Made by a program: the position numbers and the translations under genes. Below the pieces are notes generated by a model, which saw only the letters and a list, made by a program, of their open reading frames with translations, had not been told where the DNA came from and ran no database searches. From Minisyncoccia bacterium (GTDB lineage Bacteria; Patescibacteriota; Minisyncoccia; UBA6257), in contig JBNAWD010000001.1 in assembly GCA_049699995.1 (NCBI GenBank), positions 28,831 to 65,532 of the forward strand: a DNA stretch of 36,702 bases. The letters are read 5' to 3'. Position 1 is the first letter of the stretch. The number at the start of each line of letters is the position of its first letter. Positions 17,119 to 26,458 of this stretch are shown piece by piece.

Positions 17119-18781
17119 CCAAAAATTCATTTTTATTTGTGGGGGAGTAATGTCTTCAATAGGAAAAGGAATTACTGTTGCCTCCTTGGGTAGAATTTTA
17201 AAAAGTAAAGGTTTTAGAGTAACCGCTATTAAAATTGATCCCTATATTAATTACGATGCTGGCACAATGAATCCAATTGAACATGGAGAAGTTTTTGTCA
17301 CTGAAGATGGAACAGAATGTGACCAAGATGTTGGCAATTATGAAAGATTTTTAGATGAAAATATTTACGATTTAAATTATATTACCACCGGCCGAATTTA
17401 TTATAAGGTGATCTCAGACGAAAGATCTTTTAAATATAATGGAAAATGTGTAGAAACTATCCCTCATATTACTGACGAAATCATCAGAAGAATTAAATTA
17501 GTGGCCAAAAAAACAAAAGCTGACTTTATTTTGGTAGAAATTGGTGGAACTGTTGGTGAATATCAGAATTTAATTTTTTTAGAAGCTGGCAGAATTTTAA
17601 AAATTCAACAACCAAAAGATGTTTTGTTTGTCCTGGTAAGTTATTTACCAATCCCAAAAATGGTAGGAGAGATGAAAACCAAACCAACCCAATATGCAGT
17701 CCGCACTTTAAACTCTGCCGGCATTCAACCTGATATTATTATTGCCCGTTCAGATTATCCCTTGGATGATCTACGAAAAAGAAAGCTATCGATATTTTGC
17801 AATTTAGAAGAACAGGATATTATTTCTGCGCCGGATGTTAATTCTATTTATGAAGTTCCTCTAAATTTTGAAAAAGATAATTTAGGTAATAGAATCTTAA
17901 AAAAATTTAACCTTAGAAATAGAAAAAGCGATTTAAAAGATTGGGAGAAATTAGTGAAAAAAATCCAAAAACCAAAAGATAAAGTCAGGATAGGGATTAT
18001 CGGTAAATATTTCAAAACTGGTCATTTTACCCTTCTAGATTCCTATATTTCTGTCTTAGAAGCCATAAAACATGCTTCTTATTATTTTTCATTAAAACCA
18101 GAAATTATTTGGTTAGATAGTGAACTGTATGAAAAAAATTCCTCTCAATTAAAAAAAGATTTAAAAAATATCAATGGAGTGATTATCCCCGGTGGTTTTG
18201 GTCAAAGAGGAATTCTAGGAAAAATAAAAGCCATCAACTATTTAAGAGAAACTCACATACCCTTTCTTGGCCTATGTCTAGGTATGCAATTGGCAATAGT
18301 GGAATTTGCTCAAAATGTCTTAAAATTGAAAAATGCTCATTCTACAGAATTTAATCCTAATACTCCTAACCCTGTAATTGATTTAATGGAATCTCAGAAG
18401 AAAATACTTAAAAAAAGGCTTTATGGTGGAACAATGAGGTTGGGAGCTTATGAATGTGAGATTTTTAAAAATACTAAAAGCTATAAGATTTATAAGAAAT
18501 ATCCATTTCCAGAAAAGAAGGTACTAAAAAATGGCAATCTATTAATTTTAGAACGTCATCGCCATCGTTATGAATTTAATAATTATTACCTAAAGATCTT
18601 CCAAGAGAAAGGATTAGTTTTCTCAGGTATCAATCCCCAACAACAATTAGTTGAATTAATAGAGCTACCCTCCCATCCTTTTTATATCGCCTCTCAATTT
18701 CATCCTGAATTTAAGTCTCGACCATTAAGACCCCACCCCTTGTTTTTAGAATTTATTAAAACAAGTTATGAAAGAAAATAG
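17105..18781 (+). CDS. pyrG: CTP synthase
   Basis: GGVMSSIGKG, KIDPYIN.DAGTMNP.EHGE, KTKPTQ, GLCLGMQ, QFHPE. Confidence 0.98.
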   Translation: MKGNNQKFIFICGGVMSSIGKGITVASLGRILKSKGFRVTAIKIDPYINYDAGTMNPIEHGEVFVTEDGTECDQDVGNYERFLDENIYDLNYITTGRIYYKVISDERSFKYNGKCVETIPHITDEIIRRIKLVAKKTKADFILVEIGGTVGEYQNLIFLEAGRILKIQQPKDVLFVLVSYLPIPKMVGEMKTKPTQYAVRTLNSAGIQPDIIIARSDYPLDDLRKRKLSIFCNLEEQDIISAPDVNSIYEVPLNFEKDNLGNRILKKFNLRNRKSDLKDWEKLVKKIQKPKDKVRIGIIGKYFKTGHFTLLDSYISVLEAIKHASYYFSLKPEIIWLDSELYEKNSSQLKKDLKNINGVIIPGGFGQRGILGKIKAINYLRETHIPFLGLCLGMQLAIVEFAQNVLKLKNAHSTEFNPNTPNPVIDLMESQKKILKKRLYGGTMRLGAYECEIFKNTKSYKIYKKYPFPEKKVLKNGNLLILERHRHRYEFNNYYLKIFQEKGLVFSGINPQQQLVELIELPSHPFYIASQFHPEFKSRPLRPHPLFLEFIKTSYERK

Positions 18782-20045
18782 ATTCTCTTTTTTAAAAAAA
18801 AGCGATTTTAAGCTTTTTTCTTTAATTAAAAAAGAAATTTTAAGACAAGAAAATACACTTGATCTCATTCCTTCGGAAAGTATTGCCCCGATGGAAATTT
18901 TAGAAATTTTGGGGTCTCCTTTAACCAATAAATATTCCGAAGGCTATCCATTTAAAAGATATTATCCTGGTAATAAGTATTATGATCAAATAGAATTATT
19001 AGCTCAAAAAAGAGCTCTTGAAGCTTTTAATTTAAACCCAAAGAAGTGGGCAGTAAACGTTCAACCTTATTCTGGTTCACCAGCTAATCTTGCTATTTAC
19101 TTTGCTCTCTTAAAACCAAAAGAAACTTTGATGGGCATGGAGTTAACCAGTGGAGGTCATTTAACTCATGGCCATTTTGCAAACATTTCTGGGAAAATTT
19201 TTAAATCTATTCCTTATTCATTAAATAAAAACGAAGAAATAGATTTTAAGGAATTAGAGAAATTGGCCATTAAATATAAACCAAAAATTATCATTTGTGG
19301 GACTACCGCCTATCCAAGAAAAATTAATTTTAAAAAATTTTCAGAAATAGCTAAAAAAGTAAATGCCTTTTTATTAGCCGATATCAGCCATATTATTGGC
19401 CTTATCATTGCTAAACAGCATCCCTCTCCTTTTCCTTGGGCTGATATAGTAATGAGCACTACTCATAAAACCCTTCAAGGACCTCGAGGGGCAGTGATTT
19501 TTATTAATAAAAAAAGTAAAATAGCAAAAGAATTAAAAATAGATTTAGAAAATCAGATTAATAAAACAATTTTTCCCGGTTTTCAAGGCGGACCCCATAA
19601 CAATGTAATTGCTTCAATTGCTTTTGCCTTTAAACGAGCAAAAACAAAAGAATTTTTAAATTATCAAAAGCAAATCATTAAAAATGCTAAAGTTTTAGCT
19701 TCAGAATTGAAAAAATATGGTTTTAAATTGGTGACTGATGGCACAGATATTCATCTTTTAGTTTTAAATCTAAAAAATATCAATATTAATGGTAGGGAAG
19801 CTGAAAAAATTTTAGAAAAAGCTAATATTTTAGCCAATCGCAATACAATTGTAGGGGATTTAAGCCCTTTTAATCCATCCGGTTTAAGGCTTGGGACCCC
19901 AACGGTTACTTTTAGAAAAATGAAAGAAAAAGAAATGAAAAAAATCGCTGAATTTATCTATAGATTATTAATTAAAAGGGAAAGACCAGAAATTATCAAA
20001 AAAGAGGTCATTAACCTTTGTCAAAAGTTCCCTTTAATTTATTAA
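18768..20045 (+). CDS. glyA: Serine hydroxymethyltransferase
   Basis: NKYSEGYP..RYY, GGHLTHG, TTHKTLQGPRG, QGGP, SGLRLGTP. Confidence 0.98.
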   Translation: MKENRFSFLKKSDFKLFSLIKKEILRQENTLDLIPSESIAPMEILEILGSPLTNKYSEGYPFKRYYPGNKYYDQIELLAQKRALEAFNLNPKKWAVNVQPYSGSPANLAIYFALLKPKETLMGMELTSGGHLTHGHFANISGKIFKSIPYSLNKNEEIDFKELEKLAIKYKPKIIICGTTAYPRKINFKKFSEIAKKVNAFLLADISHIIGLIIAKQHPSPFPWADIVMSTTHKTLQGPRGAVIFINKKSKIAKELKIDLENQINKTIFPGFQGGPHNNVIASIAFAFKRAKTKEFLNYQKQIIKNAKVLASELKKYGFKLVTDGTDIHLLVLNLKNININGREAEKILEKANILANRNTIVGDLSPFNPSGLRLGTPTVTFRKMKEKEMKKIAEFIYRLLIKRERPEIIKKEVINLCQKFPLIY

Positions 20046-20077
20046 TCTAATTTATTAATCTTGGCTAAAAGAATTCT

Positions 20078-21076
20078 TTACAAGATATTGGCCAAAATAA
20101 AATAAAGAAAAACGAAGTAAAAACAAATCAAAATTAATCCTTCTTTTTTAGTCAAAATACCATCGGTTAAACTAAAAAGATAAAAAACTAAACTTAAAAG
20201 AGAAATAAATCCTCTCGACAAAAGAGCAAAAGAAAAATTGGTGAAATCAAAAAAAATAGGATTAATTAAAATTACTATTGATAAAACTAATACACTTAAC
20301 ATAAAAACAGAACCTAAAAGATCTCCTAGAATTACCCATTCTTGATTCTTTCTGGCAGAAGTAATAGCAACACTAATCTCCGGCAAAGCGTTTCCTATTC
20401 CAGTAATTAATATTCCCAAAAACATTAAAGAAAAAGAAAGATAATAAGATATTTTTTGGGCAAAAAATACTATTCCATAGGCAGAAAGTAGTAAAAAAAA
20501 GAAAAAGAAAAAAATAACAAATAAGCGTTTTAAAAATCCTATAAATTTATTTATTTCTTTTTCTATCAATTCTCCTGTTTTAAGATTATTCTGATTATTA
20601 ATTTCTTGATTTAAAAGAGTAAATCTTTCTTTGTCAGAAAATAACCATATAAGATAGAAAAGAAAACAACCAATTAAGATTAATCCGTCAAATCTAGTTA
20701 ATTTTTTGTCTAGCATTAAAAGAATTAATATCAAAGAAGTAATTAAAGTAAATAAAGATGTAAAATTTATAGTTCGGCTTTTTGTCGGAACACCTTTTGA
20801 GGAAAAAAGGGTAGCTAAGCCTATTCCTACGCTTAACACAATAACATTATTTCCAGCAATATCTCCAAAAGATAAAAGGGGAATACCTTTTAAAGCAGAA
20901 ATAATACCTGTCCATAAATTAGGTAAAGAAGAAGCTAAGGCGATTAATAAAAAAGAAGTAACAAATTCTCGCCAATTAAGGTATTGAGCAATAATAACAA
21001 GGTTCTTTAATACTTTCTCGGAAGAATAATTCAACAAAAAAATAGATCCAATTAAAATTATTATTGCGAAAATCAT
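20078..21076 (-). CDS. Na+/Ca2+ exchanger family (YrbG-like) antiporter
   Basis: Alpha repeats ASSLPN...GDIAGNN and GNALPE...GDLLGS; about 10 TM. Confidence 0.88.
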   Translation of the reverse strand: MIFAIIILIGSIFLLNYSSEKVLKNLVIIAQYLNWREFVTSFLLIALASSLPNLWTGIISALKGIPLLSFGDIAGNNVIVLSVGIGLATLFSSKGVPTKSRTINFTSLFTLITSLILILLMLDKKLTRFDGLILIGCFLFYLIWLFSDKERFTLLNQEINNQNNLKTGELIEKEINKFIGFLKRLFVIFFFFFFLLLSAYGIVFFAQKISYYLSFSLMFLGILITGIGNALPEISVAITSARKNQEWVILGDLLGSVFMLSVLVLSIVILINPIFFDFTNFSFALLSRGFISLLSLVFYLFSLTDGILTKKEGLILICFYFVFLYFILANIL

Positions 21077-21096
21077 AAATTTTTTATATAATTTTA

Positions 21097-22017
21097 ATGT
21101 TTTCTATGTTTACAATTATCGGAGATAAATTAGCAAAAAATTTAGCCCAATCTCTTCAATATCCTTTGATTTCTGTTAAAGAAACAACTTTCCCGGATGG
21201 AGAAGTAAAACCAATTTTAGAAAAAGAAGAAATTTTTGACAAGGGAGTTGTTTTTTTGCAAAAAAAGGAAAAAGAAAATATCAACTCTTATTTAATTAAG
21301 CTTTATCTTTTGCTAGAGAAACTTTCAAGTTTATCCAAAGAACTATTTTTAATTATACCTTATTTTCCTTACGCTCGCCAAGATACTATTTTTAGAAAAG
21401 GAGAACCTTTATCAAGTTATTACATCATAAAACTTTTAGAAAAAAATGTTTCTGGGATTATAACAATTAATTACCATCAACACCGACAGAAAATAGAAAA
21501 TTTATTCTCTAAAAAAGCAGAAAACATCTCTGTTTTTTCTTATTTTAAAAATAAGCTAAAAAAAATCGGAGAATTAAAAGAAAATTCTATTATTATCGGG
21601 CCTGACGAAGAATCTGAGTTTTTTGTTAAAGATTTTATAGAGGATGATTATTTCCCTTTCTATATTTTTAAAAAAATAAGAGATTTAAACACGGGAAAAG
21701 TAAAATTTCTTTACGACAAAAAGAAATTAAAAGAAATCTTAGAAAAAAAACAGGAAGCCATTATAGTTGACGATATTGTTTCTTCAGCCCAAACAATCAA
21801 AAAAATAAAAGACATTCTGCTCTCCTTAAATAAAAATCTCAAATTAAAATTGATCTTTGTTCACTCAATTTTAGGAAATCAAACTATTTTTAACCTTAAA
21901 AAATTGGGTTTTAAAAAAATTTATACCACAAACACTATTGAAAATCGTTATTATTTTCTGGATATAAATGAAATTTTGAAAGAAAAAATTATTGAAATTT
22001 TTAATTTTAAAAAATGA
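21097..22017 (+). CDS. prs: Ribose-phosphate pyrophosphokinase-like protein (divergent)
   Basis: FPDGE, PYFPYARQD..F..GE, GPD, K.R, IVDDIVSSAQT, TTNTI. Confidence 0.85.
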   Translation: MFSMFTIIGDKLAKNLAQSLQYPLISVKETTFPDGEVKPILEKEEIFDKGVVFLQKKEKENINSYLIKLYLLLEKLSSLSKELFLIIPYFPYARQDTIFRKGEPLSSYYIIKLLEKNVSGIITINYHQHRQKIENLFSKKAENISVFSYFKNKLKKIGELKENSIIIGPDEESEFFVKDFIEDDYFPFYIFKKIRDLNTGKVKFLYDKKKLKEILEKKQEAIIVDDIVSSAQTIKKIKDILLSLNKNLKLKLIFVHSILGNQTIFNLKKLGFKKIYTTNTIENRYYFLDINEILKEKIIEIFNFKK

Positions 22018-22682
22018 ACAAAAATTTAATCGAAAAAATTACTAACCACCCTCATATATTAGAATTTATTAAACTTTCGGAAGAAAGTTTAAAAGCTAAT
22101 GGATATACTAATCACGGTCTTTCTCATTGTCAATTAGTAGCAAAAAGAGCCCAAAAATTAGCTAAAGATTTAAAATTTAATAAAGAAATTCAAGATTTAT
22201 CCTATATTGCTGGCTTCTGTCATGATATGGGAAATTTTTTAAATAGAAAAAATCATCATCTTTTAGGAGCCCTCCTTTTTTATGATCTTTTTAAATCGGA
22301 AATTGAAACTAACCAGTTAATAACTATTATCCAAGCAATTGCCCTTCATGACAAAAAAGAAATGAATTTTATAAATCCTGTTTCGGCTATTTTGGTTATC
22401 GCTGATAAATCAGATGTTAGAAGGGAAAGAGTTTATTCTAAAAATATAGAAATAATCAAAAAAGATATTCATAATCGAGTTAACTATGCTGTTTATCAGT
22501 CGGATTTAAAAGTTGATTTTAAAGAAAAAACTATTAATCTTTTCTTAAAAATAGATACCGATTTTGTTCCTTTAATGGATTATTTTGAAATTTTTACCCA
22601 GAGAATGATTTATTGTCGAAAATCTGCCCATTATTTAGGATACCGGTTTCATTTATTTATCAATAATATTCAAATGCTTTAA
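22014..22682 (+). CDS. HD-domain phosphohydrolase
   Basis: HG..H, HDMGN, HD, ADKSD, HNRVNYAV. Confidence 0.88.
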   Translation: MNKNLIEKITNHPHILEFIKLSEESLKANGYTNHGLSHCQLVAKRAQKLAKDLKFNKEIQDLSYIAGFCHDMGNFLNRKNHHLLGALLFYDLFKSEIETNQLITIIQAIALHDKKEMNFINPVSAILVIADKSDVRRERVYSKNIEIIKKDIHNRVNYAVYQSDLKVDFKEKTINLFLKIDTDFVPLMDYFEIFTQRMIYCRKSAHYLGYRFHLFINNIQML

Positions 22683-22710
22683 ATCTTTAAATTTAAATTA
22701 GTTAATTAAT

Positions 22711-24225
22711 ATGGAAGAAAGAGATAATATATTTCTAAGGGCAAAAATCTTAGATATTAAAACCGGCCATCCGTGGGTAATAGTTCTCCATGAAGAAGAA
22801 GCCAAAAGGAGAGGAATTTACGCTGGCAATAAAGTAATTTTAAAATGGGGAAAGAAAAAAACCGAAGTGACAGTTGATCTTTCTAAAGACTTAGTCCAGA
22901 AGGAAGAAGTTGGGCTTTTTAAAGATATTATCGAAAAATATCCAATTCCAGAGGGTGAAATTATAGAATTATCTTTAGCTTCTCCGCCTTCTTCTTTAGA
23001 GGCAATTCGAAAAAAGTTAAAAGGCCAAAGATTAAATTATGAAGAGATACTTTCCATTATTTCTGACGTCGTCCATTATCATCTTGATGATATTCAAATA
23101 GCTTTTTTTATTGCCTCTGCTTTTTTAGAAAAAAATTTTTCTTTAGAAGAAATCTATTATTTGACAAAAGCCATTGCCGAAACAGGAGAAAAAATATATT
23201 GGGAAAAAGAAATTATTGCAGACAAACACTCAATTGGTGGTCTTCCCAATAATCGAACCACTCCTTTAGTTGTCTCCATTATTGCCAGTTTAAACATTCC
23301 TATTCCCAAAACATCTTCTCGGGCAGTGACTTCTGCTTGTGGAACAGCTGATGTTATTGAATCAATTGCCCAAGTTGAATTTAACCTCAAAAAAATCAAA
23401 GAAATAGTTGAAAAAACCAATGGCTGTTTAGTCTGGGGAGGGGCTTTAAAATTAGCGCCAGCAGATGATAGATTGTTAAAAGTAAGTTATGAATTAGGAA
23501 TCGAACCTTTTTCTAAAATGATTGTTTCTATTATGGCAAAAAAAGTAGCGATGGGGGCTACTCATTTAGTGATTGATCTACCTTTTAAAAAGGGAACAAA
23601 AATTTCTCACTATACCGAGGCTTTAAGGGTTAGGGATATCTTTTTAAAACTTTCTAAAAAATTTTCTCTCAAAACAGAAGTTGTCATTGAAGAAATAAAA
23701 AACCCGATTGTTGGTAATGGGGTTGGACCTTTATTAGAAATTATTGATATTTTGAAAATTTTAGAGCAAAAAGAAGATCGTTCAATTTATTTAGAAAATA
23801 GAGCAATCAAATTAGCCGGCGCTCTTTTGGATTTAATAGGTAAAACACCTAAAGGAAAAGGGGTAAAATTAGCCAGAAAACAGTTGGAATATGGCGAAGC
23901 CTTGAAAAAATTCCAGCAAATTATTAAAGCCCAAAACGGCAAAGAAAATATTTCTTTAAAGGATATTCAATTAGGTCAGTATTCAAAGGAAATCAAATCT
24001 TCTAAGAAAGGTATCATAAGAGATATTAATCCTTTTGAAATTAATCGATTAGTCCGACTTTTAGGAGCCCCAATTATCAAAGAGGCAGGAATTATAGTGA
24101 AGAAAAGAATAGGAGATACCATCAAAGAAGGAGAAATAATAGGAGAAATTTTCTCTAATAATGAACAAAGGATAAATTTAGCCTTAACAGAAATTCCCAT
24201 AGAAAATATTTTTGAAATTAAATAA
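22711..24225 (+). CDS. AMP phosphorylase (archaeal-type DeoA/AMPpase)
   Basis: N-terminal extension, DKHSIGG, KTSSRAVTS..GTAD, WGG...LAPADD, SIMAKK; 504 aa. Confidence 0.92.
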   Translation: MEERDNIFLRAKILDIKTGHPWVIVLHEEEAKRRGIYAGNKVILKWGKKKTEVTVDLSKDLVQKEEVGLFKDIIEKYPIPEGEIIELSLASPPSSLEAIRKKLKGQRLNYEEILSIISDVVHYHLDDIQIAFFIASAFLEKNFSLEEIYYLTKAIAETGEKIYWEKEIIADKHSIGGLPNNRTTPLVVSIIASLNIPIPKTSSRAVTSACGTADVIESIAQVEFNLKKIKEIVEKTNGCLVWGGALKLAPADDRLLKVSYELGIEPFSKMIVSIMAKKVAMGATHLVIDLPFKKGTKISHYTEALRVRDIFLKLSKKFSLKTEVVIEEIKNPIVGNGVGPLLEIIDILKILEQKEDRSIYLENRAIKLAGALLDLIGKTPKGKGVKLARKQLEYGEALKKFQQIIKAQNGKENISLKDIQLGQYSKEIKSSKKGIIRDINPFEINRLVRLLGAPIIKEAGIIVKKRIGDTIKEGEIIGEIFSNNEQRINLALTEIPIENIFEIK

Positions 24226-24231
24226 TTATTT

Positions 24232-25368
24232 ATGACTTCTAATAATTTTCATTTCTTTCGTCCTACTTGGATAGAAATTCGTTTAAATTACCTAAAACAT
24301 AATCTAAAAGAGATTAGAAAAATTATTGGTCCAAAATGTAAAATTATTGCCGTTGTTAAAGCAGACGCTTATGGTCATGGAGCAATAAGAATATCTCAAA
24401 AATTAGAAGAACTAAATATTGATTATTTGGCTGTAGCCACTTTAGAAGAAGCAATTGAATTAAGAATTAACGGAATTAAAATTCCTATTTTAATTTTTGG
24501 TTTTCTTTCTTTTTCTGATTTGCCTTATCTTTTTGAATACAATTTAACCCCTTCTATTTTTTCTTTAGAAACTGCCAAAAAGTTAAATCTTTTAGCCGAA
24601 AAAAATAAAAAGAGAATCAACATTCACATTAAAGTTGATACCGGAATGAATCGTTTAGGCTTTCCTTATAAATCTGCCTTAGAAAATATTAAAAAAATTT
24701 CTAATTTTAAAAATTTAAATATTGAAGGAATATATTCTCACTTGTCTTCTTCTAAAATCAAAAACGAACCTTTTAATTATTTGCAGTTTCAAAGATTTAA
24801 AGAAATTTTAAATCAACTAGAAAAAATAAAAATTAATATTCCATTAAAGCATATTGCCAATTCCGGGGCAGTTGCAAATTATCCTGAATTTAAATTAAAT
24901 GCGGTAAGAATAGGGGAAATTCTTTATGGTTTTTCGAAATTTTATTATGAAAATAAACTTATTCAAACTAAACCTTTGCTTTCTTTAAGAACTAAAATCA
25001 TTTTTTTAAAAACAATTAAAAAAGGCGAATCCGTTGGTTATGACAGAAATTTTATCGCTCAAAAATTAACAAAAATTGCTACCTTACCTATCGGCTACGC
25101 TGATGGATATCCTCGCATTCTCTCTAATAAAGGAAAGGTTATAATAAAGGGACAGGAAGCCCCTATTGTAGGAAATATCTGCATGGACTTAATGATGGTT
25201 GATGTTTCTAGGGCTAAAAACGTAAAATTACTAAACGAAGTTATTTTAATAGGAAAAAATAAAAATAAAGAAATTACCGTTGAAGAATTAGCTCAAAAAT
25301 CTTTGACTATCGGTGATGAAATTGTTGCTCGGCTAGGCAAAAGAGTGCCGCGGCTTTACCTTGACTAA
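24232..25368 (+). CDS. alr: Alanine racemase
   Basis: AVVKADAYGHG, KVDTGMNRLG, HIANSG, GYADG, GNICMD. Confidence 0.97.
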   Translation: MTSNNFHFFRPTWIEIRLNYLKHNLKEIRKIIGPKCKIIAVVKADAYGHGAIRISQKLEELNIDYLAVATLEEAIELRINGIKIPILIFGFLSFSDLPYLFEYNLTPSIFSLETAKKLNLLAEKNKKRINIHIKVDTGMNRLGFPYKSALENIKKISNFKNLNIEGIYSHLSSSKIKNEPFNYLQFQRFKEILNQLEKIKINIPLKHIANSGAVANYPEFKLNAVRIGEILYGFSKFYYENKLIQTKPLLSLRTKIIFLKTIKKGESVGYDRNFIAQKLTKIATLPIGYADGYPRILSNKGKVIIKGQEAPIVGNICMDLMMVDVSRAKNVKLLNEVILIGKNKNKEITVEELAQKSLTIGDEIVARLGKRVPRLYLD

Positions 25369-25433
25369 AACTAATAAAAATTATATAATATTTATTATAT
25401 AATTTTTAGAGTTCTTTAAAAAAGAAAGGAGGA
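25361..25433 (+). promoter_or_regulatory. Promoter, boxA-like motif and SD
   Basis: TTGACT-17-TATAAT (25361-89), GAGTTCTTTAAAAA (25409-22), AAAGGAGG. Confidence 0.65.
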
Positions 25434-25441
25434 ATAAAATA

Positions 25442-26215
25442 ATGATTCATTATGCTGGTCTATTGGGTAGAATTCATATTTTTTTTAGTAGTAAAAAAGA
25501 CGGAAATATGAGCCTAGAATACACCGCGAACGAGAGGGAGCAAAAAATAATTAAGAAAAACATCAAAAATTTTCTTCAACAAATCAATCTTCCAGAAAAT
25601 AATATAATTTTTATGAAACCTAATTTTGGGCAGAGAATAGAAATTATCACCCATAAAGACCCGCGATTGATCTCTAAAGACCCTGTCTTAGCTGATGGCC
25701 TATTAACCTATACTCCTTATCTAGCCTTAGCCTGTTGTTATGGTGACTGCTTGCCAATAATAATTTATGCAGAAAAATATGGCAATATAGTTTCATTGCT
25801 TCACGCAGGAAGAGCAAATTTAACAAAGATTATTCAAAAGGCTATCTCACTTTTGACTTTAGAATTTAAAATTAAAAATAAGAACCTTGTAATAGTTATC
25901 GGGCCAGCGATCAAAAAAGAGAGTTATATTCTTCCGGAGTTTTGTTTAAAAGAGGAAAAAAACAATTTTTTCTGGCAAGATTGTTTAGAAGAGACAAAAT
26001 TGGATGAAAAAAAAGAAAAATACTTTAAAGTTGATATGGTAAAAGCCGTCAAAAACATTGTTACGAACTCAGGTATACCTGAAGAAAACATAAAGGAAAT
26101 GCCTTTTGATACTTATAAAAATAATCTCTTCTTTTCGCATTATAGAGCCATGCGAAATCGAAATAATGAAAAAGAAGGAAGGTTTTTAGGGTTAGTGTAC
26201 ATAAGGGGAATTTAA
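25442..26215 (+). CDS. YfiH/PgeF (laccase-domain) family protein
   Basis: DGNMS, ADGLLT, GDCLP, HAGR, IGPAI, FFSHYR, GRF. Confidence 0.88.
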   Translation: MIHYAGLLGRIHIFFSSKKDGNMSLEYTANEREQKIIKKNIKNFLQQINLPENNIIFMKPNFGQRIEIITHKDPRLISKDPVLADGLLTYTPYLALACCYGDCLPIIIYAEKYGNIVSLLHAGRANLTKIIQKAISLLTLEFKIKNKNLVIVIGPAIKKESYILPEFCLKEEKNNFFWQDCLEETKLDEKKEKYFKVDMVKAVKNIVTNSGIPEENIKEMPFDTYKNNLFFSHYRAMRNRNNEKEGRFLGLVYIRGI

Positions 26216-26230
26216 GAAAGGAGGTTCAAA

Positions 26231-26428
26231 ATGATTAGGATAAAAAGAGTATACTGTGAAACATGCAAAAAATACATTAATTTAACTAAAATTCTACCAG
26301 AAATAACAACAATAGATCACCAAATAGTTGAAGTTGAAAAATGTCCTAATTGTCAAAGAATACTTCTCGTCAAAATCATAAAATATAATTTTAAATACAT
26401 TGAAATCCTAGGAAAGTCCTCGGAGTAG
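26231..26428 (+). CDS. Small zinc-ribbon protein
   Basis: CETC...CPNC; SD AAAGGAGGT. Confidence 0.72.
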   Translation: MIRIKRVYCETCKKYINLTKILPEITTIDHQIVEVEKCPNCQRILLVKIIKYNFKYIEILGKSSE

Positions 26429-26448
26429 CCCGCCTTTCGGCGGGCTTT
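26427..26448 (+). terminator. GC-rich terminator hairpin with a short U tract
   Basis: AGCCCGCC-TTTC-GGCGGGCT-TT. Confidence 0.7.
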
Positions 26449-26458
26449 AATAAAAAAA

